Assembly: GCA_047619315.1 (NCBI GenBank)
Contig: JBLHKB010000001.1
Span: 1 to 53,917 of the forward strand
Direction: 5' to 3'
Source of the DNA: Polyangiales bacterium
GTDB taxonomy: Bacteria; Myxococcota_A; Polyangia; Polyangiales; Houyiibacteriaceae
DNA: 53,917 nucleotides
Under the pieces are notes generated by a model. It did no database searches. It had not been told where the DNA came from and was given only the letters and a program-made list of their open reading frames with translations. Each line of letters opens with the position of its first letter. Position 1 is the stretch's first letter. Below, in pieces: positions 26,291-35,374 of the stretch. A program made the translations under genes and the position numbers.

Positions 26291-27040
26291 ATGATTCGAA
26301 CACTCCTGGCGCTGATGCTCTTCGCCTGGTCCGCCTCTGCCCACGGACAAGACGTCGAGGGATCATCGAACAGCGAACCCGCGGCTGAAGAAGCTGTCGC
26401 GGTTCCCGCAGGATCTCCAGTTCCTGCAGAATCTCCAGTTCCTGCAACTTCGGAACGCGCAGAGCAAGCAGCGGACGACACCGCTGAATCCACCCCGGAG
26501 CTCTCTACGACTCAGCGCATTCGCGCTCCCGCGGACGACGAACAAGCAAAAGAAGATGCTCGCGACTGGCGCTTCGTCGGCGCGTTTTCAATCCACGGCT
26601 CTTTGCTTTCCTCCGTCGCGGGCCGCTCCACCTTGGATCTCACCTATGGCGCCGCGCTTCGCTTCGGTGCTCGCCGTGGCTCCAACCAGCTCGCTTTCCT
26701 GATTGACTACTCGGGCTGGCAGAGCCTGGAAGACCGGAGCGTGATCACATTCGCCACAATCAACCTCGCCGCCGAGTACACGCGAACGTTCTTCAGTGAC
26801 GTCGTCGCTGCGAGCCTCGCCGCGGGCCCGAGCATCCTCCTCACCGAAACGCTCCTCGACGACGCCGGCTCCGTGGGGCTCTTCGTCGAACTACGTCCCG
26901 CAGGGTTCCGGTGGCGTACCAAGCACATCAACATTGGCCTCGACCCTCTCTCCTTCACGATCGTCGCCCCGGTCCTCGGAGCACTTCCCCTCGTTCGGGT
27001 TCAGTACCGAACCACCCTCACGCTGGAGTTTCGACCATGA
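26291..27040 (+). CDS. secreted protein, possible small outer-membrane beta-barrel
   Basis: Signal peptide MIRTLLALMLFAWSASAHG, then an acidic/Pro-rich linker. The C-terminal ~150 aa has alternating hydrophobic strands (LDLTYGAALRFGA, LAFLIDYSGW, FATINLAAEYTR, VQYRTTLTLEF). Stop overlaps the next start (ATGA). Confidence 0.6.
   Translation: MIRTLLALMLFAWSASAHGQDVEGSSNSEPAAEEAVAVPAGSPVPAESPVPATSERAEQAADDTAESTPELSTTQRIRAPADDEQAKEDARDWRFVGAFSIHGSLLSSVAGRSTLDLTYGAALRFGARRGSNQLAFLIDYSGWQSLEDRSVITFATINLAAEYTRTFFSDVVAASLAAGPSILLTETLLDDAGSVGLFVELRPAGFRWRTKHINIGLDPLSFTIVAPVLGALPLVRVQYRTTLTLEFRP
26411..26446 (+). repeat. 18-bp in-frame tandem duplication
   Basis: ggatctccagttcctgca is followed by gaatctccagttcctgca, encoding GSPVPA/ESPVPA in the linker of CDS 26291..27040. 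Confidence 0.85.
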
Positions 27041-28638
27041 TTCGCGGTCTCGTCATGCTCGGTCTCCTCGGAGCGACGCTCACTTCGCCGGCACATGCTT
27101 ATACGGTAGGCACCGCGTTCACGGAGCCTTGCCACGAGCGGCTCTCCGCGGCGGCCATCGAGGACTTCGTCGAGCGCCTACCCTTCGAGGTGCCCCTTCT
27201 TACGGAGGACCGCACCCGGCGCGTCGCCGCGCATTTCGTCGAGCTCTACGGAAGCCCCGAGATGTCCCCGCAGGCCCAGGCGGTGCTCTTCGCGGTCATC
27301 ATGGGCGTTCGAGATCCAGACTCCGAAGGCCTCAGCCCCACCGATCTATCGGGCTCACGTTACCTGCACGCCAACACAGAGGGTCAAGCCCAACACGCTC
27401 TACGCCGCGCCGAAGATGACGGCCCAGAGGGCAACGCGGCGGCCGCACGCGGAGTCCGCGAGAGCATCGAGGCGGAGCTCATCGAAGCACAGAACTGGTT
27501 CTCTCGACCGCTTGGTGAGCAGACACGCGAGGTGGACTACTTTCTCGAATCCTATGGCCCTGTTCGCGTCCGTGTATGGGCGCCTGCGTTCTTTTTGGGC
27601 CGAGCACTCCACACACTCCAAGACTCGTTCTCTCACACCCTCCGAACGCCGGACATGCGTCGCCTGGTCCACATATTTAACTACATCGAAGCCATCGGCG
27701 ACACCCACGACGACGCCCGTGATGGCTTGCGTCACTCCGGCGAACTAGACGCCTGCTACGTCGGCGGCGCCTCGAGCTCACTCTTTCTCGCCGCGCGTGA
27801 AGCCTCCACGCAGCTCGTCGAGCAAGTGCTGGACGCTCCAGACGCCCAGCTCGGCGACGCGAGCGCCGCCCTCGATGCGTGGCTCGGCTTCGAACCCGGG
27901 TGCACCATCGAAAACGACTACTGCAACAACGCGTTCTTGGAAACAGCTCGCCTCAAGGCGACGGCGCCTATCGGCACGTGCGGCATAGGCGGAGACACCG
28001 CGCCGCAGAGTGGTCTCTTCTGGGCTTTCCTTATCGCCGCCTTTTTCATTCGGAGACGATCCAGAAGATCCAGAAGATCCATCCTCGTGCCCATTTTCTT
28101 GGGTGCGCTGATCTTCACAGGCTGTAAACCCACCCCGCTCTTGCAAGAGGAGTTCGACGTCACGCCCCCATGCGGCGGTGACGCCGGTGGCGTTTGGTAC
28201 TTCGCAGCGACGAGCGCAGCCGTGCCGCGCGAGGAAGTCTCTCTGGAGTGCCCGCTGATCCGCGACGACGTCCGTGTGCTCTACAGCGGCCGTCTCGACC
28301 TTGTCGAAGACGGCTCCGTCGACGCTGGAGTGAGCCTGCGGCGACACCTTATTCAGGTGCGCGACTCAAGCTGCGACCCCTTGTGTGAAAGCGACCCAAG
28401 CTGCATCACGCGCGGTGACGTCTGCCATTGCCTCGACGTCACCCGAGGGGACTGGCTCAGCGGCCAACCCGGAGCGCCTACGCAGTGGGCCACTCAAGAA
28501 GACACCCTCGAGCTCTTCGATGCCGACGGCGAGCTCGTCCTCGCCACCGGCTATTGCGTCGATGACGGCGAGATGGAGTGGGCCTCTATCACGTCGCCTT
28601 CGGTGGGCCAGCGTCTTCAGCGAGTACCGGGTGAGTGA
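27037..28638 (+). CDS. secreted two-module protein: His-rich (zinc-PLC/P1-nuclease-like?) domain, then a MYXO-CTERM-like segment, a lipobox-like segment and a Cys-rich C-terminal domain
   Basis: Start trimmed to the ATG at 27037 (MIRGLVMLGLLGATLTSPAHA). His motifs PCHERL and ALHTLQDSFSHT. Internal TCGIGG...GLFWAFLIAAFFIRRRSRRSRRS is followed directly by ILVPIFLGALIFTGC and 170 more aa. Confidence 0.7.
   Translation: MIRGLVMLGLLGATLTSPAHAYTVGTAFTEPCHERLSAAAIEDFVERLPFEVPLLTEDRTRRVAAHFVELYGSPEMSPQAQAVLFAVIMGVRDPDSEGLSPTDLSGSRYLHANTEGQAQHALRRAEDDGPEGNAAAARGVRESIEAELIEAQNWFSRPLGEQTREVDYFLESYGPVRVRVWAPAFFLGRALHTLQDSFSHTLRTPDMRRLVHIFNYIEAIGDTHDDARDGLRHSGELDACYVGGASSSLFLAAREASTQLVEQVLDAPDAQLGDASAALDAWLGFEPGCTIENDYCNNAFLETARLKATAPIGTCGIGGDTAPQSGLFWAFLIAAFFIRRRSRRSRRSILVPIFLGALIFTGCKPTPLLQEEFDVTPPCGGDAGGVWYFAATSAAVPREEVSLECPLIRDDVRVLYSGRLDLVEDGSVDAGVSLRRHLIQVRDSSCDPLCESDPSCITRGDVCHCLDVTRGDWLSGQPGAPTQWATQEDTLELFDADGELVLATGYCVDDGEMEWASITSPSVGQRLQRVPGE
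28058..28081 (+). repeat. 9-bp tandem repeat gatccagaa (about 2.7 copies)
   Basis: Encodes the (RRS)n basic loop between the two hydrophobic segments of CDS 27037..28638. Confidence 0.8.
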
Positions 28639-29460
28639 TCACATCCGGTAGGGGAACGTGATCTCGAGGCGGTCCTGCTGAAATGGTTCCAGTTGAACCC
28701 CCATGAGCGCACGCTCCATGCAGCGCTCTGTTTCACCGCTCACTCCACTCAGCGACACGGAGCGAACGCGACCCGTCGAACCAACCACCGTCGCACGCGC
28801 GCTGACTACGCCCTCTGCTCCATTGCCGCACGCTTGAATCGCGCGCGTGACGCCACGAAAAGACGATGAGACATGAGCGCGAGCCGGACGCAGCGGAAGG
28901 CTGCTCTCCGCCGCCCGCGTCGACCCTTCACGGAGCGTCACCTGTCCACCGGTGGCGGCATGCAAGAGCGCATCGATGCTGTCGTCTGAAGACCGAGGAG
29001 ATGTCGGACGACTGGGAGTCTGGCGCGCTGTCCTTCGAGTTCGCGGACGAGTAGCGGACACAAGCGCTGGGGTAGGCGCCGCCGGCGCTAGAGCTTCCCG
29101 TGTCTCCTCAAGCGCGAGCACCTCCGTTTGTTCCGGTGTCACCAAAGCCGCCGTGGCCGGCTCAGTGCTGGTCTTTGCGACCTGCACAGTTGCGACGGGG
29201 GTGCTCCATTTATGCTGCGTCACTTCGTGATGAAGTGCGTAGGCCGCCGATGTCAGACCGAGCAACACGGACGCCGCTGTCGCTACCCCCAGCACGCTGA
29301 CACGCGAACGCCGTGGCTTGTCGACACGAAGCACAGGCACGTGTTCACTCAGTAGACTTGGATCGAGTTCGGTCTTCTTGTTCGCATCATCGAGGGACTC
29401 CCGAATCTTCGAAAGTTCAATGAGACCTGAATCGGATGTGTTGGAATGCTGCGTCGTCAT
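28639..29460 (-). CDS. single-pass membrane protein with AgmX/PglI-type (TonB-C-like) C-terminal domain
   Basis: TM segment VSVLGVATAASVLLGLTSAAYAL, then a Pro/Thr/Ala linker. The C-terminus ...VTRAIQACGNGAEGVVSARATVVGSTGRVRSVSLSGVSGETERCMERALMGVQLEPF...ITFPYRM has the two-Cys pattern of that domain. Confidence 0.7.
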   Translation of the reverse strand: MTTQHSNTSDSGLIELSKIRESLDDANKKTELDPSLLSEHVPVLRVDKPRRSRVSVLGVATAASVLLGLTSAAYALHHEVTQHKWSTPVATVQVAKTSTEPATAALVTPEQTEVLALEETREALAPAAPTPALVSATRPRTRRTARQTPSRPTSPRSSDDSIDALLHAATGGQVTLREGSTRAAESSLPLRPARAHVSSSFRGVTRAIQACGNGAEGVVSARATVVGSTGRVRSVSLSGVSGETERCMERALMGVQLEPFQQDRLEITFPYRM

Positions 29461-29589
29461 GATGTCTCCTTCGCTTATAAGGATCGACGGCTCGACTCGG
29501 CATTCGGTTCATTGTTCTTTTCAACGGGACCTCAAACTAGGCGTTTACTGACTAGTTTTTCGAATATTGGGCTTTCCTCGTCACGGCGG

Positions 29590-29748
29590 CTTCAAGACAT
29601 CAACGTAGAGACGGGAGAAACGGTGCAACTCGCATCGTCCTACCATCGTTGGTTCGGGAGTGTCGCAACCTCCCCAACGCGCGACGAGTTCGCCTACACC
29701 ACTGTGGGCTGGGACACGGACGTATTTGAGATCACGCCCGCGCTCTAA
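29590..29748 (+). pseudogene. possible orphan 3' fragment of a PD40/TolB-like beta-propeller gene
   Basis: The open frame ends ...DINVETGETVQLASSYHRWFGSVATSPTRDEFAYTTVGWDTDVFEITPAL*. It resembles the last blade of a PD40-type propeller. There is no plausible start or N-terminal part, and a low-GC patch lies upstream. Confidence 0.25.
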
Positions 29749-29768
29749 ACGCCGCCGGAAGAGGTCCC

Positions 29769-30875
29769 TCAGAGCCCGTTGAAGCGGAAGTCTCGGACGA
29801 TGGCCATGTGCTGCATCATGTTCGCGCCGCTGTCGTCAGCGAGTGCCGGCGCGAGGGCGTCGATGGGGGTAAAGACCCGCGTGTCCACGACGAGACCGGA
29901 TGGGAAAGAGTCTCCGCCAATCATCACGGGAACTTCACGCTGGTCGAGGGTACGGCTCACGAGGATGCCGTCCAAGTTCCGACTTCGCGGCGCATTGGTG
30001 TTCGTGTTGCCAGCTTGATCGCGCGGAGGCGCCGGTGGAATCTGCACCACGCCGCGCAGGCGGTTGTACGTCTCGCCACCGCCCGTGTTGAAATCGCCAC
30101 CGACGACAACATGGTCCCCGCCGGGAACGTTCGTGGTGATGTGTTCCGCAAGGGCTCGCGCCTCCGCCTCGCGCGCCGCGCCGCTGCTGGTCAAAAGGTG
30201 AATGCTGACGGCCCAAAGATCGGGTCGACCTGGGACATCGATTCGCGCCCAAGCAAACTCTCGCGTGTCGGTCTCCGGGTCATCCCAAATACCAGCTTCG
30301 AGAATGGGAAAACGTGACACGACAGCGTTCGGGATGAGATCGCCCGTTCCTCGATACACCTCGCACTCGTCGCCGCAGACCTGGCGCGCAAACGTGTTGA
30401 AGGCCGCGTCGCTGTTGTTTCCAAACAACATCTCTTGGACCAAGAATACATCGCCATCGAGGCCATCCATGATCCGAACACCGTGACCTGCATCATAGCT
30501 TGGGGTGCCCCCGCCGCTGGTCAGATTGGCCGCGACAACGCGGACCATCGACTCAGGGCACAGGACGAGGCTCTGACAGTCCGCGTCGTCGCAGTCGATG
30601 TCTCCATCACGATCGTTGTCGAGGCCGTCCTGACACGTGGTGTCATCGTCTTCGGGCGTGGGCATGGCCGCATCAGGGCTTGGCCCCGCATCGGTGCCAC
30701 CGTCCGGGAGGCTGCTGTCCAAGGGCTCCGCATCCGTGCCAACGTCTGAGCTCTCGGCGTCACGACTCTCCGCGTCGACAGCGGCATCTGCGCCGCCATC
30801 CATGTTCGGGGGCGCTGCGTCGTCTCCGCAAGCAACGAGAAAGACACAAGCAAAACACAGACGAGTCACGAACAT
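29769..30875 (-). CDS. lipoprotein of the endonuclease/exonuclease/phosphatase (EEP) family
   Basis: Start trimmed to the ATG at 30875 (MFVTRLCFACVFLVAC). Acidic linker, then Cys/Asp module CQDGLDNDRDGDIDCDDADC. EEP motifs VVAANL, DVFLVQE, VSIHL, VVGGDFN, DGILVS and QHMAIV. Confidence 0.85.
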   Translation of the reverse strand: MFVTRLCFACVFLVACGDDAAPPNMDGGADAAVDAESRDAESSDVGTDAEPLDSSLPDGGTDAGPSPDAAMPTPEDDDTTCQDGLDNDRDGDIDCDDADCQSLVLCPESMVRVVAANLTSGGGTPSYDAGHGVRIMDGLDGDVFLVQEMLFGNNSDAAFNTFARQVCGDECEVYRGTGDLIPNAVVSRFPILEAGIWDDPETDTREFAWARIDVPGRPDLWAVSIHLLTSSGAAREAEARALAEHITTNVPGGDHVVVGGDFNTGGGETYNRLRGVVQIPPAPPRDQAGNTNTNAPRSRNLDGILVSRTLDQREVPVMIGGDSFPSGLVVDTRVFTPIDALAPALADDSGANMMQHMAIVRDFRFNGL

Positions 30876-30960
30876 CCGCACATGGTGACGGGTTTGGGCG
30901 GCACTACGCCAGCGCTTCCTTAAAAGCCGACAGCTTTCGTACCACGCTGCATAGGGCCAC

Positions 30961-32373
30961 TTACTGCTGCTGAAGAGCAAAGACGAAGGGGTACTGAATC
31001 GTCACGCTGCCACCTTGTGGCCCGGGGCTGATGCGCAAGTTGCCTATCAGCGTCGATAGGCAGCTCGCTAAGCGTGTGCTGCCCGTCTGGTTCTCGATAG
31101 AATGCGAACGCGTCACCGTTCCACGCTCCTGCACCGTAAACTCGATGAGGACCTTGCCCGCCAGGGTGGGATGAGCGTTGAGCTCGCGTTCGTAGCATCT
31201 CCGAATCGCTGACATACGACGTCTCACCGTGGACGCGACGTGGTTCATATCAAGGTCGCCGGTGCCGCTGTCCGCGATGGGCGGCCGAGCTGTGGCGAGC
31301 CCCCGTGGTCGCGTCTCTTCAATTGGACCCGTTCGCACCTCTTCCGTTTCTCGTCGCACAATTTGATCAATGCCCACCCTTGTGCCTGAGCCCTCCGTTC
31401 CGCCATCGCGGTCTCGGAGCTCGTCCAAGCGGCGACTCGCCGTCTCGACGCCTGCAACTCTCGCTAGCACCTCGTCCGCATTCTGCGTGGGCGCGCCGCC
31501 AGCGAGGAGGTCTTCCAGTGCGCTTTGTCCGTCATCGCGAAACGCGCGGATCATTAGATCTTGGGCGTTTCTCAACGCCGTTTCACGAATCGTCGCGTTG
31601 CGGGCGAGGGTCTCCGCACTCGGCGCGGATGTTCGGCGCGGCTCAGAGTCAGGTTGTTCCGTCCGGCGCGTGTCCTCCACGGGCGCCTCCGCCACCACTT
31701 CATCCGGCGCGTTGAATTCTGGAGTCAGCTGCGGCTGTTCGATGGGTGGTTCTGGTTCGTTGAACACCAAGCGCGCAGCAAGCTCCGGCACTAGGTTTGC
31801 GGGCTCAAGCTCCCAGTCGGCGTTCTCAAGATAGATAACGAACCCAAAGAACCCCATGTAGCTAGCGAGAACAAAGCTCGTAAAAACCCAGTCGATGCTT
31901 CGCGCAAAACCGCCGCGTGCGGCAAGGGGAAGCTGCGCTCCTTCGCCGTGCACGGCCTCTGGCACGAACTGAAAGAGGATGATGGCGTCGCCGATCTGAA
32001 GCCGGCCCCGACTTCGCGAACTGAGGATGAGTTCACACTCTTCACCCTGCAGCTCACGGACGCTCTCGCCATCCGACACCCGGCCGGAGAGCTCCGCCGG
32101 AACGCGTAACGTGTATGCGCCGTTCTTCACCTGCACCAATGTATACGTCGCGCCAAGCGCCGTACTTTCGATGAGCAGCTCGTTCTTCTCCGAGGATCCA
32201 ACGCGCAACGATTCGTTCGCCTTGAGGGTGCGTTCCTCGACGATACGCCCCGCTTGCACGAGCCCAATACGAAGCACGCGAGGCCTCGCATCGTGTTGTA
32301 CAGCGCTCATCGCGCGCGTCATCAAACCTGGTTTCTGGCCGTGCGGAGTCTTCGTCGTCTGCATAAAATTCAC
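30961..32373 (-). CDS. FHA-like N-terminal domain / TM / AgmX-PglI-type TonB-C-like C-terminal domain protein
   Basis: N-terminus RVLRIGLVQAGRIVEERTL...LRVGSSEKNELLI is FHA-like. TM segment WVFTSFVLASYMGFFGFVIYL. C-terminus VRRRMSAIRRCYERELNAHPTLAGKVLIEFTVQERGTVT...CLSTLIGNLRISP...VTIQYPFVF. Confidence 0.75.
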   Translation of the reverse strand: MNFMQTTKTPHGQKPGLMTRAMSAVQHDARPRVLRIGLVQAGRIVEERTLKANESLRVGSSEKNELLIESTALGATYTLVQVKNGAYTLRVPAELSGRVSDGESVRELQGEECELILSSRSRGRLQIGDAIILFQFVPEAVHGEGAQLPLAARGGFARSIDWVFTSFVLASYMGFFGFVIYLENADWELEPANLVPELAARLVFNEPEPPIEQPQLTPEFNAPDEVVAEAPVEDTRRTEQPDSEPRRTSAPSAETLARNATIRETALRNAQDLMIRAFRDDGQSALEDLLAGGAPTQNADEVLARVAGVETASRRLDELRDRDGGTEGSGTRVGIDQIVRRETEEVRTGPIEETRPRGLATARPPIADSGTGDLDMNHVASTVRRRMSAIRRCYERELNAHPTLAGKVLIEFTVQERGTVTRSHSIENQTGSTRLASCLSTLIGNLRISPGPQGGSVTIQYPFVFALQQQ

Positions 32374-32730
32374 CGTCCCGCGCGCTGTCCCCCATGAAGA
32401 AAACGCACCTCACGCCACGCAACGGGCGCGGCTTATAGGCGGGACGCCATCGGGTTCCGAAAGTTCCCGATGTTTCAAAGAAATGTTCACGTGGTGGCCA
32501 TTCACTCCAGTCGGAAGGTCGACCACGACCACGCTCGGATGCGGCGAGCACACGTGCGCCGCCGAGCATGTGGAGCACGACTTGGGCGACTATCACGTGT
32601 GGTCGAGGCCACTTCTTTCAACAGGACCAAGGTGCACGGTGCGGGAGCGCCCCACGCGATTGGCATTGCCTATCCAACGTTCGAAGGTGGAGGGACGTCC
32701 GATTCTTCACGCTGTGATAACCTTATATTC

Positions 32731-34122
32731 GTGCAGCGACGAATCACTCTTGGGTGCGCCCTCCTCTTCGCCCTGGCCTGTGGAGACGACGTGTCTTCGA
32801 GCGGCGACACCGGCATCGACGCAGCACCTACTCCAGATGCGTTCAGCGACGTCCGCGCGTCCGACGGCGGACCCAGCGCCTTTGACGCCTCCGCCAGCGA
32901 CGCCGGCGCGGATTCAGGCAGCGATGCCGGAAACGACGCAGGAACCGACGCTGGCCCGAGCGGCATCGTCGTTTACACCGCGGACCACCAGCACTCGCCC
33001 ATTCCGGAGTCGCTGTCGACGGGTCTGCAAGCCCGTCTCGCGGCCGACCGCTCCGCCAACGTGTTCGCAAAGATCGGTGATTCCATCACCGTCAGCACGA
33101 ATTACCTACGCTGCTTCGGCGGGGAACGATTCGATCTGGACGGCAGGCCACTCGAGGCGACGCGGGCGTTCTACGACGGAGGCGACGCCGCTGGAGATGA
33201 CCCATTTCGACGTGAGAGTGGCGCAGCCACCGTCGGATGGCATGCGGGACGTGCTCTCGCTGGCTCGCCAAGCCCGCTCGACCGGGAGCTCGCAGCGCTC
33301 CGACCCTCCCTCGCGACGGTGATGTTTGGCACGAACGACATCGGCATCACGGGCCTCGAGGGGTTCGCCGAGAACCTCTACGACGTCGTCGACACCGTGC
33401 TGGCATCCGGCGCGATTCCGATCGTCAGTACAATTCCCGCGCGTCAAGACAGCGCGAGCGCCAACGCGGAAGTTCCGCGTTTCAATCTCGTCGCACGCGC
33501 CATCGCTCAAACCCGCCAGGTGCCGCTCGTCGACCTCCACCGCTCCCTCGAAGCTCTCGCGAACCGAGGTCTTGGCGGCGATAACCTCCACCCTTCTAGC
33601 TTTCGCGGCGGGGCGTGCATGCTCACGGGAGAAGGTCTCGCCTTCGGCTACAATATGCGCAACCTCGTCACCCTCGAAGCGCTCGACCGAACGCGCCGCG
33701 CCCTAGCCGGCGAAGCGCCCGACGGCGAGGCCACTCGCCTGGTCGGCACTGGGACTCACGAAGCGCCCTTTGAAGTCGGAGCACTTCCCTTTGTGCATGG
33801 AGACGACACCATGCGCTCGAGCGAACGACGCTTCGACACCTACGATGGCTGCTCAGCCACGCAGAACGAAAGCGGCCCAGAGCTCGTCTACCGGGTCGCG
33901 CTATCGGCGCCGACGACTCTTCGCGCCCGCGTCTTCGATCGCGGCAGCGTAGACGTCGACATTCACATTCTCACGCGGCTCGACACCGCGGCGTGTGTGG
34001 CCCGCGATCACAACGAAACGAGCGCCCGCGTCGATGGCCCCGAAGCGTTCATTGTCGTGGACTCTTGGGTAGGCGACGCAGAGCGCGGCGGGGAATTCCT
34101 CCTCGTCGTCGACGCGATCTAG
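32731..34122 (+). CDS. SGNH/GDSL-family hydrolase lipoprotein with C-terminal pre-peptidase (PPC)-like domain
   Basis: The GTG start at 32731 gives MQRRITLGCALLFALAC. Block I KIGDSIT, block III MFGTNDI, block V GDNLHPS. A beta-rich tail follows (ELVYRVALSAPTTLRARVFDRGSVDVDIHIL). Confidence 0.8.
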   Translation: MQRRITLGCALLFALACGDDVSSSGDTGIDAAPTPDAFSDVRASDGGPSAFDASASDAGADSGSDAGNDAGTDAGPSGIVVYTADHQHSPIPESLSTGLQARLAADRSANVFAKIGDSITVSTNYLRCFGGERFDLDGRPLEATRAFYDGGDAAGDDPFRRESGAATVGWHAGRALAGSPSPLDRELAALRPSLATVMFGTNDIGITGLEGFAENLYDVVDTVLASGAIPIVSTIPARQDSASANAEVPRFNLVARAIAQTRQVPLVDLHRSLEALANRGLGGDNLHPSSFRGGACMLTGEGLAFGYNMRNLVTLEALDRTRRALAGEAPDGEATRLVGTGTHEAPFEVGALPFVHGDDTMRSSERRFDTYDGCSATQNESGPELVYRVALSAPTTLRARVFDRGSVDVDIHILTRLDTAACVARDHNETSARVDGPEAFIVVDSWVGDAERGGEFLLVVDAI

Positions 34123-34132
34123 CGGAAAGTGC

Positions 34133-35374
34133 TCAGTGTTCGGCGCGCAAACGACGTGCCGTGTAAGTGTCTGGAAAGCGCTCAAGGTAGGTATCCACAG
34201 CCTCCTCGAGAGCGGCGCTCTGGTGCGTTGCCTGAAACAGTCGAATCTGCAGCGAACGGGCTCGCTCCTCCACGATGGACTCCGTGTTCGCGGAGCGCCC
34301 TTCTTCAAGCGCCTCCAACGCAATACGGGGTCGATGCAAGCGGTCCGCATAGATTTGTGCCGCCGCATATCCCAGCTGCGCTCGACGTGAGCCGCGCGCA
34401 AGGGCCGCCGCCGAACGATATGCTGGAGCGGCGGACTGCCAATCTTGCAGGCCACGATAAGCATCTGCGACGACTATGGCCCACTCGACGGTGCGGCCGT
34501 TCTCGTTCATCTCGGCTTGGGCCATCTCGAGCACATCGCGGTACTCACGCCGCAAGAGCAGCGCGCGAACCGGCTCCTCCTCGGCCCGCGGTGCGGCCTC
34601 CTCCACAGGTCGAGGTGGCTGTGGCGTGGAGAGTCCTGTTCCAGATTCGCGCACGAGCGCATTCCAACGCGCTTCGCTCGCTTCGCGCCACTCAGCGTCG
34701 ACCAAAGAGCGATTTGACGCCCAGAACTCTCCGGCGCCAAGAACGCGTTCGCCGCTTGAGTCCGTCACCGCGACGCGGCCTTCGTACACCAGGACCGCCA
34801 CGCCCTCTTGTGAGCGCCGGACGGAAAACACGGTTCCGAGCACGCGCACCTGAGTGTCACCGGCGTCGACAACAAAGGACCCGCCGGCGATGGATTCGAT
34901 ATCAAAGAGAACGTCGCCCTCTCTCAACGCAACGACTCGGTCGGGGTCCGTCGACACGACATCGTAGTGCGTTCCGCTCGCGGCAAGCATCCGGTCGCCT
35001 GTAGGAAGCCGCACGTCGGCGGCCTCCGCAGCCTCCGGTATCGCGGGAAGATCGCCCGCCGCTAGCGCTTCTGCGGCTTCACGCTGCAACACCTCATCGC
35101 CAAGGACCGGCGCGAGTGGGACTTCCAGCTTTTGCACGAAGGCCGGAGGTTCAGACTGGCTCAACGTCGCCACGCCAAACCCACCGACGACACACAGCAA
35201 CGCCACAGCTGCGACAGCAAGGACGCCGAACGCTCGGGGCTTCTTCTCTAGACTCGCCGCATCGATGGCGCGTCGAGCCATCTCACGCGCATCACCTTCG
35301 TGGAGGCCAGCCATCTTTTCGCGCTTGGCGTGGAGAAGCGTTGCCTTGAGTACTTCTTCAGGCGTCATCAGCAC
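34133..35374 (-). CDS. FecR-family anti-sigma factor (TM + FecR domain + helical C-terminal repeats)
   Basis: TM segment FGVLAVAAVALLCVVGGFGVATL. FecR core ALREGDVLFDIE...FVVDAGDTQVRVLGTVFSVRR...VLVYEGRVAV. TPR-like C-terminus. The internal ATG at 35368 overlaps the sigma stop (ATGA). Confidence 0.8.
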   Translation of the reverse strand: MLMTPEEVLKATLLHAKREKMAGLHEGDAREMARRAIDAASLEKKPRAFGVLAVAAVALLCVVGGFGVATLSQSEPPAFVQKLEVPLAPVLGDEVLQREAAEALAAGDLPAIPEAAEAADVRLPTGDRMLAASGTHYDVVSTDPDRVVALREGDVLFDIESIAGGSFVVDAGDTQVRVLGTVFSVRRSQEGVAVLVYEGRVAVTDSSGERVLGAGEFWASNRSLVDAEWREASEARWNALVRESGTGLSTPQPPRPVEEAAPRAEEEPVRALLLRREYRDVLEMAQAEMNENGRTVEWAIVVADAYRGLQDWQSAAPAYRSAAALARGSRRAQLGYAAAQIYADRLHRPRIALEALEEGRSANTESIVEERARSLQIRLFQATHQSAALEEAVDTYLERFPDTYTARRLRAEH

